Part shown: positions 29,218 through 40,300 of the stretch, one piece after another | Position numbering within the stretch: the first letter of the stretch is position 1 | Layout: each line of letters opens with the position of its first letter | NCBI GenBank assembly: GCA_903842795.1 | Contig: CAIMNJ010000015.1 | Span: 1 to 52,179, forward strand | DNA from: an uncultured bacterium | GTDB taxonomy: Bacteria > Patescibacteriota > Microgenomatia > UBA1400 > PJMF01 | Direction: 5' to 3' | Length of the DNA: 52,179 bases | Notes under the pieces: generated by a model | Database searches by the model: none | What the model saw: the letters and a program-made list of their open reading frames with translations, nothing else | Told to the model about the DNA's origin: nothing | Translations under genes and position numbers: made by a program

Positions 29218-30372
29218 ATGATGCCAAAAAGATTTTTTATTCAAACCTATGGCTGCCAAGCCAACAAAAGCGATGCTGAGCGCCTAACTGCAATGTATTT
29301 GGACAATGGTTATGTCCCAGCAGAAAGCTGGCAAGAGTGTGAAGAACTCATCCTCATCACTTGCAGTGTTCGTAAACGCGCTGAAGATCGTGTTCGTGCT
29401 TTCTTGCATAAAATTCAAAGCTATTTTCAAGAAGAGGAATGCATTGCGCCAAAAGTGGTTTTTTCTGGCTGCATGTTGCATCACGGGGTAGAGCGTTTAC
29501 ATAAAATGTTACCGATGGTGGATGAATTTATGCCCACCAACAAAATGGCTTTTGCCAAAAGAGCAGTGCGCAAAGATAAGAATCATGCTTTTGTGCCAAT
29601 TAGTACTGGCTGCAACTCTTTCTGTACTTTTTGTATTGTGCCTTATGCCCGTGGTCGCGAGGCTTCACGTAGTTTTGAAGACATTATTGAAGAAGTTAGT
29701 GGGCTCGCCAAAGAGGGTTATACTGAAATCACTCTCATTGGCCAGAACGTGAATTCTTGGGGCTTAGAAAGAGTGGGCATTAGTGCTCGCAAAATGATGC
29801 TTGCTGGTTCGCTTAAACGCGAAGATTTACCCACCAATCAATCTCAGTATCTTAATGTCAAAGGCACACCACCTTTCGTCAAATTGCTGCAAGCCATTAG
29901 CAAATTTGAACCCATCAAAATTATTCGCTTTATCAGTAGCAACCCGTGGGACTTTCATGATGAATTAATTGAGGAGATTGCTCGCAATCCCAAAATTGAT
30001 CATTTTATTCATTTGCCAGTGCAATCGGGCAGCAACAGTGTTTTGCACCGTATGAACCGTGGCTACACCCGCGAAGATTATTTGCTCGTGGTCAAAAAAT
30101 TGCGTGAGAAAATTCCTGACTTAGTTCTTGGCACTGATTTAATTGTCGGTTTTCCTGGTGAGACTGATGAAGAATTTGCTGACACCGTGGCCCTTGCTAA
30201 AGAGGTCGGTTGGCATGTGGGGTTTGTAAATATTTATTCACCTCGTCCTGGCACCATGTCGGAGAAAATTTATCAGGATGATGTGCCCTATGTGACCAAG
30301 AAGGCTCGCTGGGATGAACTAGATCAAATTATTAACAAAGATCATTTGCAAGAGAGGCCTAAGGTCGTCTAG
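29218..30372 (+). CDS. miaB: tRNA methylthiotransferase (radical SAM), no TRAM domain
   Basis: TYGCQAN, TCSVR, GCNSFCTFC, DLIVGFPGET; next to miaA. Confidence 0.88.
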   Translation: MMPKRFFIQTYGCQANKSDAERLTAMYLDNGYVPAESWQECEELILITCSVRKRAEDRVRAFLHKIQSYFQEEECIAPKVVFSGCMLHHGVERLHKMLPMVDEFMPTNKMAFAKRAVRKDKNHAFVPISTGCNSFCTFCIVPYARGREASRSFEDIIEEVSGLAKEGYTEITLIGQNVNSWGLERVGISARKMMLAGSLKREDLPTNQSQYLNVKGTPPFVKLLQAISKFEPIKIIRFISSNPWDFHDELIEEIARNPKIDHFIHLPVQSGSNSVLHRMNRGYTREDYLLVVKKLREKIPDLVLGTDLIVGFPGETDEEFADTVALAKEVGWHVGFVNIYSPRPGTMSEKIYQDDVPYVTKKARWDELDQIINKDHLQERPKVV

Positions 30373-30469
30373 TATAAGGCTACACTTAGCAGACGAGGCA
30401 AGACTCTGCTAATTTGGACTCAAGAAAATTTTTGTTGATACATCAAGCCTAATTTTGACAAAAATAAAT

Positions 30470-31456
30470 ATGTCAAACAATATCAAACAAAATCAAATAG
30501 CCTCAATAGTGGGGGCAACTGCTACCGGCAAGACTGCTTTTGCATTGCAATTAGCCAAGCTTTTACTGTCTGACAAGCATTACCAAAAAATTCATTTATT
30601 ATCTGCTGATTCACGTCAGGTTTATTGTGATTTGGAAAACCTAACTGGAGCTGATGTACCTAGTGATTTTACAAAGCACAAAACAGAGCAATTCGATTAT
30701 CCTTTTTTTCAGAATGAGGACAAAAATATTTTCTTACATGGTGTTTCCATAATTGAACCAACAGAAGAATGGTCAGTAGCACATTTTCAACAATTGTTTA
30801 TAAATATTAAAAATAATTTAGGTGAAAATGACTTTTTGTTGGTGGTGGGCGGCACCGGCTTCTATCAACAACAAGTTCTGGAAACAGCGGAAAATATTTA
30901 TATCCCTCAAAATCATAGTTTGCGTGAAAACTTAGAAAAATTAAGCGTAACAGAATTACAAAATGAGCTTAGTGAACTAGATAAAATCAAATTGCAAAGC
31001 ATGAATAACTCTGATCTTAATAATCCACGTCGCTTAATACGTGCAATTGAGATTATTCATTTCACCACCAAACATCCTAATTTTCTTACCAAACAAAGTG
31101 CCAATATTTTGCCAATTTTTTATTTGCAAATTAATAAAGAGACGAGAGAACAAAAAATTAGACAAAGAGTAACTGAAAGATTTGAGCTGGCAAAAGTAGA
31201 GGTAGATAAACAATTAAAACTTGGGCAAAGCAATACTCTAGCTGCTTCTAGCACTGGTTTTGCAGAGCTAAGTAAATTTATCCAAGGAGAAATTGATCAA
31301 ATTACTTGCCTTGAACTATGGCAAACAGCTGAAATTCAATATGCCAAAAGACAAGATACTTGGTGGAAAAAACGCCCAAATCTAATTTTGATCGATCCAA
31401 ATGATATTAATATAAAAATTAATCAGGCAAAAATTCTTCAAGCCTGCTATATTTAA
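30470..31456 (+). CDS. miaA: tRNA dimethylallyltransferase
   Basis: GATATGKT, SADSRQVY, VGGTGFY, RRLIRAIE, YAKRQDTW. Confidence 0.92.
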   Translation: MSNNIKQNQIASIVGATATGKTAFALQLAKLLLSDKHYQKIHLLSADSRQVYCDLENLTGADVPSDFTKHKTEQFDYPFFQNEDKNIFLHGVSIIEPTEEWSVAHFQQLFINIKNNLGENDFLLVVGGTGFYQQQVLETAENIYIPQNHSLRENLEKLSVTELQNELSELDKIKLQSMNNSDLNNPRRLIRAIEIIHFTTKHPNFLTKQSANILPIFYLQINKETREQKIRQRVTERFELAKVEVDKQLKLGQSNTLAASSTGFAELSKFIQGEIDQITCLELWQTAEIQYAKRQDTWWKKRPNLILIDPNDINIKINQAKILQACYI

Positions 31457-31459
31457 ACT

Positions 31460-32473
31460 ATGTCAGATACATCTTCCAAAAACGAACTAACCATTAAAAT
31501 ATCTCCTTCTATTGTCATTTTCACCGCTTTGTTTGTAGCTGGTGTTTGGTTGGCCATGCAAATTAAGGCCATTATCTTCATGACCTTTATTGCCTACATA
31601 ATTAGTGTAGGGCTCAATAAAGGTATTGATAAATTAGAAAACAAACTCAAATTACATAGAATTTTTGGAGTATTGATTGTTTATTCTTTATTTATTTCTA
31701 CAATTTCTTTGTTCTTGGCTTTCATCTTTCCACCACTAATCAAAGAAGTATCAAATCTTTTTTACAACATTCAATTGCCAAGCATGTTTCAAGGACAACT
31801 CAAAAACTTTGAGGTTAATTTTAATAGTATTAAGAGCCTACTAGATGCGCTTGGCACTTCTGTTAGCACCGCCTTCACCATCTTGAGCAACACTTTTTCC
31901 GGAGCCTTTGTGGCCATCACTACTATTGTCGTTTCCATTTATTTTTCTTTAGAAAAACCTAAATTGATTAAAGATATTGCTGGCCTAATCAACAAAAATA
32001 GAGTTGATGAAGTTAAGACTTTCTTTCATGAAGTTGACAATCAACTTGGCAATTGGATTAGAGGTGAAATTATTTTAATGACCATTATTGGTCTAATGAC
32101 TTTTATCGGACTTTTGATTCTCAAGGTTCCTTATGCTTTGCCTTTGGCAATTATTGCTGGCACCCTAGAAGTAGTTCCCAATATTGGCCCATTGTTTTCT
32201 GCTGTACCAGCAGTTTTAGTGGCTTTTCTTACTCTTGGTTGGCCAAGTGCCTTGTTGGTAACTGCACTCTACATCATAGTCCAGCAACTAGAGAACAATC
32301 TTATCGTACCAAAAGTTATGAAAACCAATGTCGACATTAATCCTTTGGTTTCTATCCTTGGCATTTTGATTGGTGCCAAAATTTTTGGAGTAGTAGGCGC
32401 TCTCTTGGCAGTACCAATTTTTATCGTTTCTCGTACAGTTTACACTACTTGGAAAAAGTATCTGCAAAAATAG
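31460..32473 (+). CDS. AI-2E (PerM) family transporter
   Basis: Multi-TM; VPNIGP, QQLENNLIVPKVM, GALLAVP. Confidence 0.9.
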   Translation: MSDTSSKNELTIKISPSIVIFTALFVAGVWLAMQIKAIIFMTFIAYIISVGLNKGIDKLENKLKLHRIFGVLIVYSLFISTISLFLAFIFPPLIKEVSNLFYNIQLPSMFQGQLKNFEVNFNSIKSLLDALGTSVSTAFTILSNTFSGAFVAITTIVVSIYFSLEKPKLIKDIAGLINKNRVDEVKTFFHEVDNQLGNWIRGEIILMTIIGLMTFIGLLILKVPYALPLAIIAGTLEVVPNIGPLFSAVPAVLVAFLTLGWPSALLVTALYIIVQQLENNLIVPKVMKTNVDINPLVSILGILIGAKIFGVVGALLAVPIFIVSRTVYTTWKKYLQK

Positions 32474-33224
32474 CAGACAAGATGTGATGATCTGAACGAT
32501 AAGTCTTCTTGTATTTTTTTCTGGCAGCAATTTTGAAACTTTTGGGAACTAAAATATGATCGAGCTGTAGATGCGGAAATGGAGCGATGGAAGTACGAAT
32601 TCGTTCGAAAATATTATTAAGATAATACTGGCTAAAAAGTGCCTCAGCTTTTTCCCGTTCTTTGGTCTTATAATCACGTAAAGTGTAAGCTCTGGACCAA
32701 CCAGTCAAAAAACGAAAAACCAAACCATCCACAATGTTAAAGTCTCCTGTAAAAATAGTCTGATTATCTGCCTGCTCTAATAAATTACCAAGCTGCATCA
32801 ATCTCGCCAAGCTCGGCACAGCACAAGAGAGACGAGCGTTAATGATTTTAAGTGGTTTATTTTTATCAGTGATAGTTACTTTCAAAGCCTTATGCTGTTC
32901 ATCAACCCTAGCTATCTTTTTATAAAATAGATTTAGTAATGAACTTGGACTTTGTTCAAAATAGCTAAAAACCTCAGTTTTCCTAGGCTTTTTCTTGGTC
33001 AAAGTAACAATGTAGCCATTTTGCTTTTTTTTGCGTTTTTTGTGATAACTAATAAAATCTTCAGTTAAACTAACGTAATATTCGGTACTCTCGATTAATT
33101 CTTGCAATTTGTTTTGAGGAAACTCTTGCAAGCAAATAACATCAGGCTTTAGTGAATAAATAAATTTAAGACCCTTAAAAATAGCCTTATTTTCAAATCG
33201 AACATTCCAAGTGAGTACTTGCAT
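32445..33224 (-). CDS. Endonuclease/exonuclease/phosphatase family protein
   Basis: TWNV, CLQE, GDFN, LDHIL, SDH. Confidence 0.9.
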   Translation of the reverse strand: MQVLTWNVRFENKAIFKGLKFIYSLKPDVICLQEFPQNKLQELIESTEYYVSLTEDFISYHKKRKKKQNGYIVTLTKKKPRKTEVFSYFEQSPSSLLNLFYKKIARVDEQHKALKVTITDKNKPLKIINARLSCAVPSLARLMQLGNLLEQADNQTIFTGDFNIVDGLVFRFLTGWSRAYTLRDYKTKEREKAEALFSQYYLNNIFERIRTSIAPFPHLQLDHILVPKSFKIAARKKYKKTYRSDHHILSAIFADTFSK

Positions 33225-33239
33225 AAATTTTCAATAAAA

Positions 33240-34505
33240 TTATAAAGAAAATTCTTCAGTAAAAATTCTTTTTTTATTAACACCTAACTTCTTCAAGACT
33301 GTCATCATGCCACCCATAAAGCTTGGGCTACCGCAGATAAAAAAGTTAGCTTTGTTGATAAAATCTTCTGGCAAATTAGATAAAAGAACATCTTTTGTAA
33401 TTCTACCTGCAACTACAGGTTCATTTTCTACTTTTTCTTCTGAAATCACATCGATGTAGTTAGCGCCTAATTGAGCCTTGAATTGCTCGCGCAAAAGAAT
33501 ATCCTCTAAGCGACGATTTGAATAAAAAAGCTTAGTATTAACATCGCCAAAACGATTAATCAACTCCACAAAAGGAGTGATGCCAATACCACCAGCCAAA
33601 ATAACTTTTGGTTCATGGTTTTGACCTTCTTTGGTAAAAACACCATAAGGTCCATCTAGAAAAACAGTTTGTCCTACAGCAATGCTTTCTAATTTATTGG
33701 TAAAATTACCAATTGCCTTGATAGAGAAAGTTAAATCACCAGAATTCTCATCAAAACTCATTACTGTAAAAGGGTGACTGGCAGCAAAAATACTTGGCTT
33801 GATAAAGAAAAATTGTCCTACCTGAGTTTTTAGACTTGTCGCCAATGGGGAAAAAGTATAGCTGGTTACACCCGCAGCACTAATTTTCTTGGTAGATAAA
33901 ACATAAGGAAACTTACCCACATCAAACAATTGACTCAGGCGATACAAAACCAGAATGCCAAAAACACCCATCAAAATAAAGAAGTAAACTTTTAGCAAAA
34001 CAAAAGTATTTAGAAAGGTGCCAATCGAAGCTGCGTGCAAGAACGAAAAAAACAAAATTGGATAAGACAAATAATGTAACCAAAGCCACACTCGACGCGA
34101 AATTTTATTACGCACCAAAGCGCTAGTTACCCACAAAAGCAGATATAAATAAAAAGCCATGCGACCAAGAATTAAATGCTTACCAAATTCAGTAGCGAAA
34201 TTGGGAATAAAAAAGAAAGTAATTTTCTCTCCATAAGCCAACATTTCTAAAAAAGGGTGAGTCATCACGAAGAAGAAACCATAAACTCCCAAAAAAACAT
34301 GTAGCTTAAGTATAGCCAAGTAATCCCTGCTAATTCTCCTAGAAACAAAGCGATTTCCAAGAATCAACTGCCACAACATCAAAACCACACCAAGCAAACC
34401 GGCAATATTAGCAAAAGCTGCGCTAAATTCTCCCAATAACTTGAATTGTGTAAAAAGAAACAAGAAAGGTAGGGTAGAAAGAAAAACAGCAAAATATAAC
34501 ATCAT
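33240..34505 (-). CDS. Ferric reductase-like transmembrane domain plus FAD/NAD(P)-binding oxidoreductase
   Basis: Five-six TM helices with His pairs; HPFT, DGPYG, AGGIGITP, ICG, EEF. Confidence 0.88.
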   Translation of the reverse strand: MMLYFAVFLSTLPFLFLFTQFKLLGEFSAAFANIAGLLGVVLMLWQLILGNRFVSRRISRDYLAILKLHVFLGVYGFFFVMTHPFLEMLAYGEKITFFFIPNFATEFGKHLILGRMAFYLYLLLWVTSALVRNKISRRVWLWLHYLSYPILFFSFLHAASIGTFLNTFVLLKVYFFILMGVFGILVLYRLSQLFDVGKFPYVLSTKKISAAGVTSYTFSPLATSLKTQVGQFFFIKPSIFAASHPFTVMSFDENSGDLTFSIKAIGNFTNKLESIAVGQTVFLDGPYGVFTKEGQNHEPKVILAGGIGITPFVELINRFGDVNTKLFYSNRRLEDILLREQFKAQLGANYIDVISEEKVENEPVVAGRITKDVLLSNLPEDFINKANFFICGSPSFMGGMMTVLKKLGVNKKRIFTEEFSL

Positions 34506-34520
34506 AACTAGATTATAAAC

Positions 34521-35006
34521 TTAAAGTTGACCAATTTTGTAATTCTTGAGTAAATCCCAAGCAGCATTAGAGTGGATATCAGCGAAAATACCAGTCACCT
34601 CCTGGCCACAATTACTAATAATTTTTCCTGGTCCACCTGGGTGTTCAGAAATAAATGAAGAAACACTGTAAACATTATTCTTAATCACTAAATAGCAGTC
34701 ATCCTTTGTATTGTGTTTGGCAACTTCCTCCATGGTAAAAACACCACTATTTGCATTATTGACAGCTTGAGTTGGAGTTGGCGTAGCGGTGGGAGCAGAA
34801 GTGACAGCGGTCTTGACTGTTTTGGCCGGTGAACTGGTGGCGGCAATAGTTGTTTTAGTTGGCTCTGTTTTACTAATTACAGTTGTTGGCGTAGCCTCAA
34901 CTTGAGGACTGTTGGCAGATTTTCCCTTTGGTTTATTCTGCCAAAAAAAGAAGCCTCCTAAAACTATAACTGTTATAAATATGACGACCAAAGCTGATTT
35001 TTTCAT
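34521..35006 (-). CDS. Membrane-anchored cytochrome b5 heme-binding protein
   Basis: EEVAKHNTKDDCYLVI, HPGG, second His in IHS. Confidence 0.9.
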   Translation of the reverse strand: MKKSALVVIFITVIVLGGFFFWQNKPKGKSANSPQVEATPTTVISKTEPTKTTIAATSSPAKTVKTAVTSAPTATPTPTQAVNNANSGVFTMEEVAKHNTKDDCYLVIKNNVYSVSSFISEHPGGPGKIISNCGQEVTGIFADIHSNAAWDLLKNYKIGQL

Positions 35007-35078
35007 AATTGTTTCATTCTACAATTTTTACTGAGAAAAAGCTTAGAAAAAATTAAGTTAATAGTATATAATATATAA

Positions 35079-35948
35079 ATGAACATCAAAGAGAGTCTAA
35101 AAAATTTTAATTTTCCCACCCCAACTCTAGCTGTGACCGATATTGGCGTCTTAGCTATTGCCCCTCAATTAATCAAGGAAGCACAAATGATTTTTGCTGG
35201 CGTTGAGCTTGGCATGAATTTGGACGATTTCTGGGATTTTGGCGTAGATCCAAGACCAATCCATAAAACTGATAAAAAAGAAAACCATCAACCAGAGGAT
35301 TATTATAATAAATATTTCGAAAGTTTGAAAAAAATTATTGAGCGTATTAACCAGATAAAAGATGAAAAAGAACAACAAAGACAAAAAAGCAACTTAAGCT
35401 GGTTTGTTGCTAGTATCAACCATCTGGAAGGGGAGACTATTTCTAAAGAAGAGAGTTACTGGAAACCAGAAACAGTTCAAAAATATCGTGAAGGCGTGGC
35501 TTTGGTATGGGCCATGTTTCTGGCAGCTATGACTCCAGGTAGCGATGTACTTTTACGAGAGATTGCCAATCAAAAAGAGCATCTTTCATTGGAAGATTGC
35601 TACAATTGGATGAATAACCAAGTAGAAGAACAGGCTCTTGAAAGAATCTACACTCGTCGTTTGCTATATGGCGCCTTAGTTTTTCAGGTTATTAGCGATC
35701 ACGGTAAAAGACATTTTGCCAAAGAACAATTTATTCCTAGTTTTGGTGGAGTTGGTTTCGAAAGCCACAACGACCAAGAGCTTGAAGAATATATCCAAAA
35801 AACTGCTCGTGAATACATGGATTTAGCCGTCAAAGCTGGAGTAGAACCAAATGTATTACAACTTTTTGCCACCATCTTTCCTAAAATTCAAAAATTCCTC
35901 AAAAATTGTAAGAAAACTAAAAAAGTTTGTGAATGGGCTTACTCTTAG
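35079..35948 (+). CDS. Hypothetical protein, possible class I isoprenoid synthase fold
   Basis: DDFWD motif and FQVISD; leaderless TATAAT-6-ATG. Confidence 0.5.
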   Translation: MNIKESLKNFNFPTPTLAVTDIGVLAIAPQLIKEAQMIFAGVELGMNLDDFWDFGVDPRPIHKTDKKENHQPEDYYNKYFESLKKIIERINQIKDEKEQQRQKSNLSWFVASINHLEGETISKEESYWKPETVQKYREGVALVWAMFLAAMTPGSDVLLREIANQKEHLSLEDCYNWMNNQVEEQALERIYTRRLLYGALVFQVISDHGKRHFAKEQFIPSFGGVGFESHNDQELEEYIQKTAREYMDLAVKAGVEPNVLQLFATIFPKIQKFLKNCKKTKKVCEWAYS

Positions 35949-35958
35949 TCCTATAACA

Positions 35959-36177
35959 TTGACATTTTGGCCTTAATTTGCTACAATTGATCCTTCGTTA
36001 CATCTGGGAGACTAGGCTTTTGCGTCTGGCAATTCTATATGTAACGAGATCTTTAACAAGACGAGAAAGAAGTCAGTCCTGCTAAGGTGGGTGCTCCCGA
36101 AAGGGCACTCTCCATGAGCAGGATTGAAAACTGCTATGTCACTAATCTTTCGGAGAAAATGAAAAAGGGATACTACA
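35959..36177 (+). promoter_or_regulatory. Near-consensus promoter and ~190-nt structured leader with boxA-like motif and RBS
   Basis: TTGACA-17-TACAAT (35959-35987); hairpin 35989-36051; GATCTTTAACAA 36048-36059; GAAA-capped hairpin 36073-36127; aaagggatactacaATG. Confidence 0.7.
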
Positions 36178-37245
36178 ATGTTCCCCAAATTCAGTTTACG
36201 CTCCATCCTGACCGTGTTGTTTTTGCTCGCTTTGGTGGCCTGTGCCCCAAGCAATCCAGAGCAAACCAGCACACCAACTGCTCAAGCGACTCTCACCGAG
36301 ACGCCAACGCAGACACCGCTTCCTCAACCCACCAAACGCTTCACACTAACCCCAGATGTGACAGCAACGGTTGAGCCAACTCTGCCGCCCATGCCCAAGC
36401 GCTATGAATACGGTTATATCCACACGCCCTCGGCGCGCAACTATTACACCGTATTGATCGCTGGCTCTGACGCTGTCCTCGTGGCCCCAAACTACGAGAT
36501 CAAGGCGCCAGGCATCACCAAAGCCAACCCCCTCTACTTTTACGAGTTTAAGGGAGTGCGCGATGAAGCATTGGCCAAGCAGATGGCCATCAGTTACTTC
36601 GGCGCAGATTACAATCTGTACCTCAGTCGTTTGTCCACCCAGTGGATCGGCGACAATAACTTTGGACAGATGCTCCCAGAAGGTTGGGAGCTGATCTCTG
36701 CTCCCAGAGGTAACTGGTCAGACGCCATCATGTATAAATCCTGGTACAAACAGGAATGGTTCTCGGTCAAAGGAATGGTGGAAACTGCCGCCAAGGTAGG
36801 AGAAGTTTTACCACCTTTCACGACCAAGGCGAATCAAACCGCCTATATGTCCGTCACCTGTGAAAAGAGTGCGGACAAAAATGAACCAACTGTTCATCCC
36901 GGCATGATGGACAACGGTCGCGGCGTCATCCAGATCTTCATGGCCCCCAGCCAAGAAATTTATCTGGACCGGCTCTGCCCCAATGGCATCGTGACTGGTG
37001 AGGGACACCTCTACACCAGCACCAAGGGCACAACCTGGGCTGAGAAAACAGCTCACGCAACGGTAATGGCTGATGCCCTAATGGAGCGCTTGTTTAGCAA
37101 GCAAACTCCTGAAGGCGAAATTGCCAACCAATGTATGTGGGACATCGCCCTGGGTGGAACCGAGAACTACGTACGGATCTACCTTGGGAAATACAATGTT
37201 CCCACTGGCTTTGAGCCACCAATGTCCAATTGGATCAATAAGTAA
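36178..37245 (+). CDS. Putative lipoprotein
   Basis: Lipobox LVAC, PT-rich linker, visibly GC-richer than flanks. Confidence 0.8.
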   Translation: MFPKFSLRSILTVLFLLALVACAPSNPEQTSTPTAQATLTETPTQTPLPQPTKRFTLTPDVTATVEPTLPPMPKRYEYGYIHTPSARNYYTVLIAGSDAVLVAPNYEIKAPGITKANPLYFYEFKGVRDEALAKQMAISYFGADYNLYLSRLSTQWIGDNNFGQMLPEGWELISAPRGNWSDAIMYKSWYKQEWFSVKGMVETAAKVGEVLPPFTTKANQTAYMSVTCEKSADKNEPTVHPGMMDNGRGVIQIFMAPSQEIYLDRLCPNGIVTGEGHLYTSTKGTTWAEKTAHATVMADALMERLFSKQTPEGEIANQCMWDIALGGTENYVRIYLGKYNVPTGFEPPMSNWINK

Positions 37246-37259
37246 CAGCACGGAACTGA

Positions 37260-37287
37260 TTGGAGGGCGCGCTCGCGCGCCCTCCAA
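37260..37287. repeat. Perfect 13-bp-arm GC-rich palindrome with 2-nt loop
   Basis: ttggagggcgcgc-tc-gcgcgccctccaa. Confidence 0.9.
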
Positions 37288-37313
37288 GACAGTAAAATCT
37301 TTCTCGTCTTTTT

Positions 37314-40300
37314 CTATTTAATTAAATCAATTTCTTCTTGAACTTTAGTTTTTGTCTTAGCTGGCAATTTTGGCAATTTTGCCTTAATTTCTTCAAGGAT
37401 TAAATCAAAACTAAGCATTCCTGATCTAGTATCTTTTGGCTCCAAATCCACTAACCTTGGAAAAATTTGAAAGATTTCTTCCGGAGTTATCCCATTTTCT
37501 GGCAAACCACGTGCTTTTAATTCATTCCAATTGATTAATAAATCTTTGCCTGCACTATCTGCTACTGCCTGATTACGAAGTAAACGCATTATGGCCAAAG
37601 CTCGGCCCATCTGATCTGATTCTGGATAATGATTGAGGCCTGCAGAGATCGCAATTGCATCTTCGCCTGAGCCAACCATGCGATTGCCCAAAACTCCATC
37701 TCCAGGCCAGAGAATATTATCATCCATACCTATTTGTGGCACAACAATGCCTCTGCTAGCTAACCAGCGGTCTTCATTGAGGGTATTTTCATCTCTAATA
37801 AAAAACGGCATGTTTCGCAGCAACCAAGAACCAATTTGTTGTTGCATTTGCGATGGCTGCTGATAAACCCACTCATGCATCAAAAGTGGAGTAGCAGATT
37901 TCATTGCCCCCATATACCAAAGAAGAACTGCTCTTTCTATTCCAAAAGTTTGACCAAGAGCACCAATTATTGGATTGGTGAGAATGCTTTTTCCTTGCAC
38001 TAAAAAGCCACCAACTGCACGAGAGTGAAGGGTAACCATATCTTTGCGATCTTTTCCCATCCAGTCAATCGCTTTGGCTTCTTCATCTGCAGTAAGTCTA
38101 GATCCATGGACTACTTCGTTGCTGGCAATAAATTGCACATTTTTAGGACTAACGTTGAGACTACGATAAAGCTGCGCTAGTGGAGAAGGCTTAACTGCAG
38201 AGTCTGGTCTCAAGCCTCTTGCTAAAGCCCTGGCAATTTTTCCGCCCATAGAGTGACCAAAAAATTCAGTCAAGCTTGCCAAAGTGTGTTGCTTTATGGC
38301 AATTTCTGCCAGAGAAAAAAGTCTTGGTTCGTCAAGTTCTTGACTCAAACGATGTTTAATAACCATTGCTTGCAAAAAATCTTCATCATTAATGGCGTAA
38401 TCATTTTGATCCCAGCCAGCTAATTTGGCTAAATTTTTGAGTTGATCGATACGATAGCCTAATTCTGGACGAAGTTGGCGCAAAAGCTCACTAGTTACTT
38501 CTTGATCTGGATTTTTTGCTTTAAATCTTTTTAAGAGATCTAAATCTGTTTCAATTCCAACCGTACGAACAAAAAGGATTTTCTCTAAATTTTCTTTCCA
38601 ATAATCTTCTGCCTTATCTATCTCTGATTTTTGGCTGGATAAAAGTTCTCTTAATGGATTGGTTCTTTCACCCCAAATGTTGATAGACTTTTCAGTATTA
38701 CCAACAAATTCTTCAATTTTATTTTTTTTGTATTCGTCTAAGACAGTTTGAACTTTATCCAAAATTAATTTAATGGAAGATTCTTCTTTTTCTGGAGGAA
38801 TTACTTCTTCAGATAATAATAAATTCCAAAACTGATCTATTTCTGCAACTAGGTCCAAAGATAATTGAATTCCATTTTTTTCCAAAATCATTTCTATTCT
38901 GTTTCGAAGTGATTTTTTGATTGGTGGCTCTCTGTCTAGGTAGTTGGAAATAGTGTCCCACAATTTAACTCCTACACCTTTTTGGAGCTTACCGGCTTGT
39001 TGGTTTTTTAGAACTTTAAAAAGTCTTATAGCAAAATCGCTATCATTTGATTGATAATAATAAGCAATTGTTTCTGCAGCCGCTTTTAATTCATCATCGC
39101 TGACCGTTTCACCTTGACGCACTTTGGCAATTGTCTCTCTAGCTTTTACTTCACGCTTAGAATTTAAAATGCTAGTTTTGGCTTCTGCAAGTTCTTTTCT
39201 AAAAAGCTCATCAAAGTTTGGCATTTGATCAAAAAAGGATGAACTAATAATTTCTTTGGCTAACCTGTCCAATTTCTCTCTATCTAATGCCTTTTCAGAA
39301 TCAATGTAAAACTCTGTGCGCCAAGATTCTATAGCAGCAAATGCTGGCGAAGACTGCCTAAATCTATTTAGAGGAAAACCATATATTTTTTGAAAAAACT
39401 CAAGTATTTCAAAGTCTAGGTTATGTAATTGCTCATTAATTTTTTCCAAAGCTGGATTGACTATGTCTTGATGGTTTTTTAAGGTCTCATGAAACAAATC
39501 TATTTCTGCCAAAGAAAAATCAATTTTGCCAGTAGGAATAAAAAATCCTTCTTTGGTTGTGCTAATTTTTTGCAAAACAACCAAGTCACTCAAAATGTGC
39601 TCGTTTTTAGTAAAATTTCTAGTGATTACTAGATTGCCCTCAGCATTTCTAACTGGAGCACAACGATTTTGAATACGATGCATCGAACGAGTGATTTCTA
39701 AAAATGCTTGAGTTGGTTGAAACAATAAATCTTCTTCTTGAAAATCTTTTAGTTTTTGACGATCAAATTCTCCCTTTTCAGTAAACAAACATTCTGGAAT
39801 ACTCATCATTGAGCCTTGCAAACCAAAACTGCACCAAATTTGATTGGCTAAAGTTGGATCATTTAGCTTAGCTAGATTGGCAACTGTCTCACTAATTTGT
39901 TCATCCCAAACAAAAGGTATGCCGCCCCAACCATGGATCATGATATGAAACGGTTGTTTGCCTGAATTAGGCAAACCAGACAAACTATTAGCCTCTCTTC
40001 TTTTTGACCAATCTTCCCACGAACCAACTGGCTCATTGGCAGAAAAAGTTTTTTGTAAAAACAAGGCTTCAGCCTTTTGCTTAACCATTTCTTTTGCATT
40101 TTTGCCAAATTGCTCCAAGCGAAGAAGCTCATAAGCTTCAGCTGGAGTCAACATAATGGTCAGTTCCACTGGGGTACGATCAAAACCAATATCATCTTCT
40201 CCTGCTGGATCATGATTTGTTAAACCAAAAGTTTTGAGAGCATATTGAGGATTGTCCTGATCACCTAATTTTTCCACCCAAAAATGAGCAAACAAATCAG

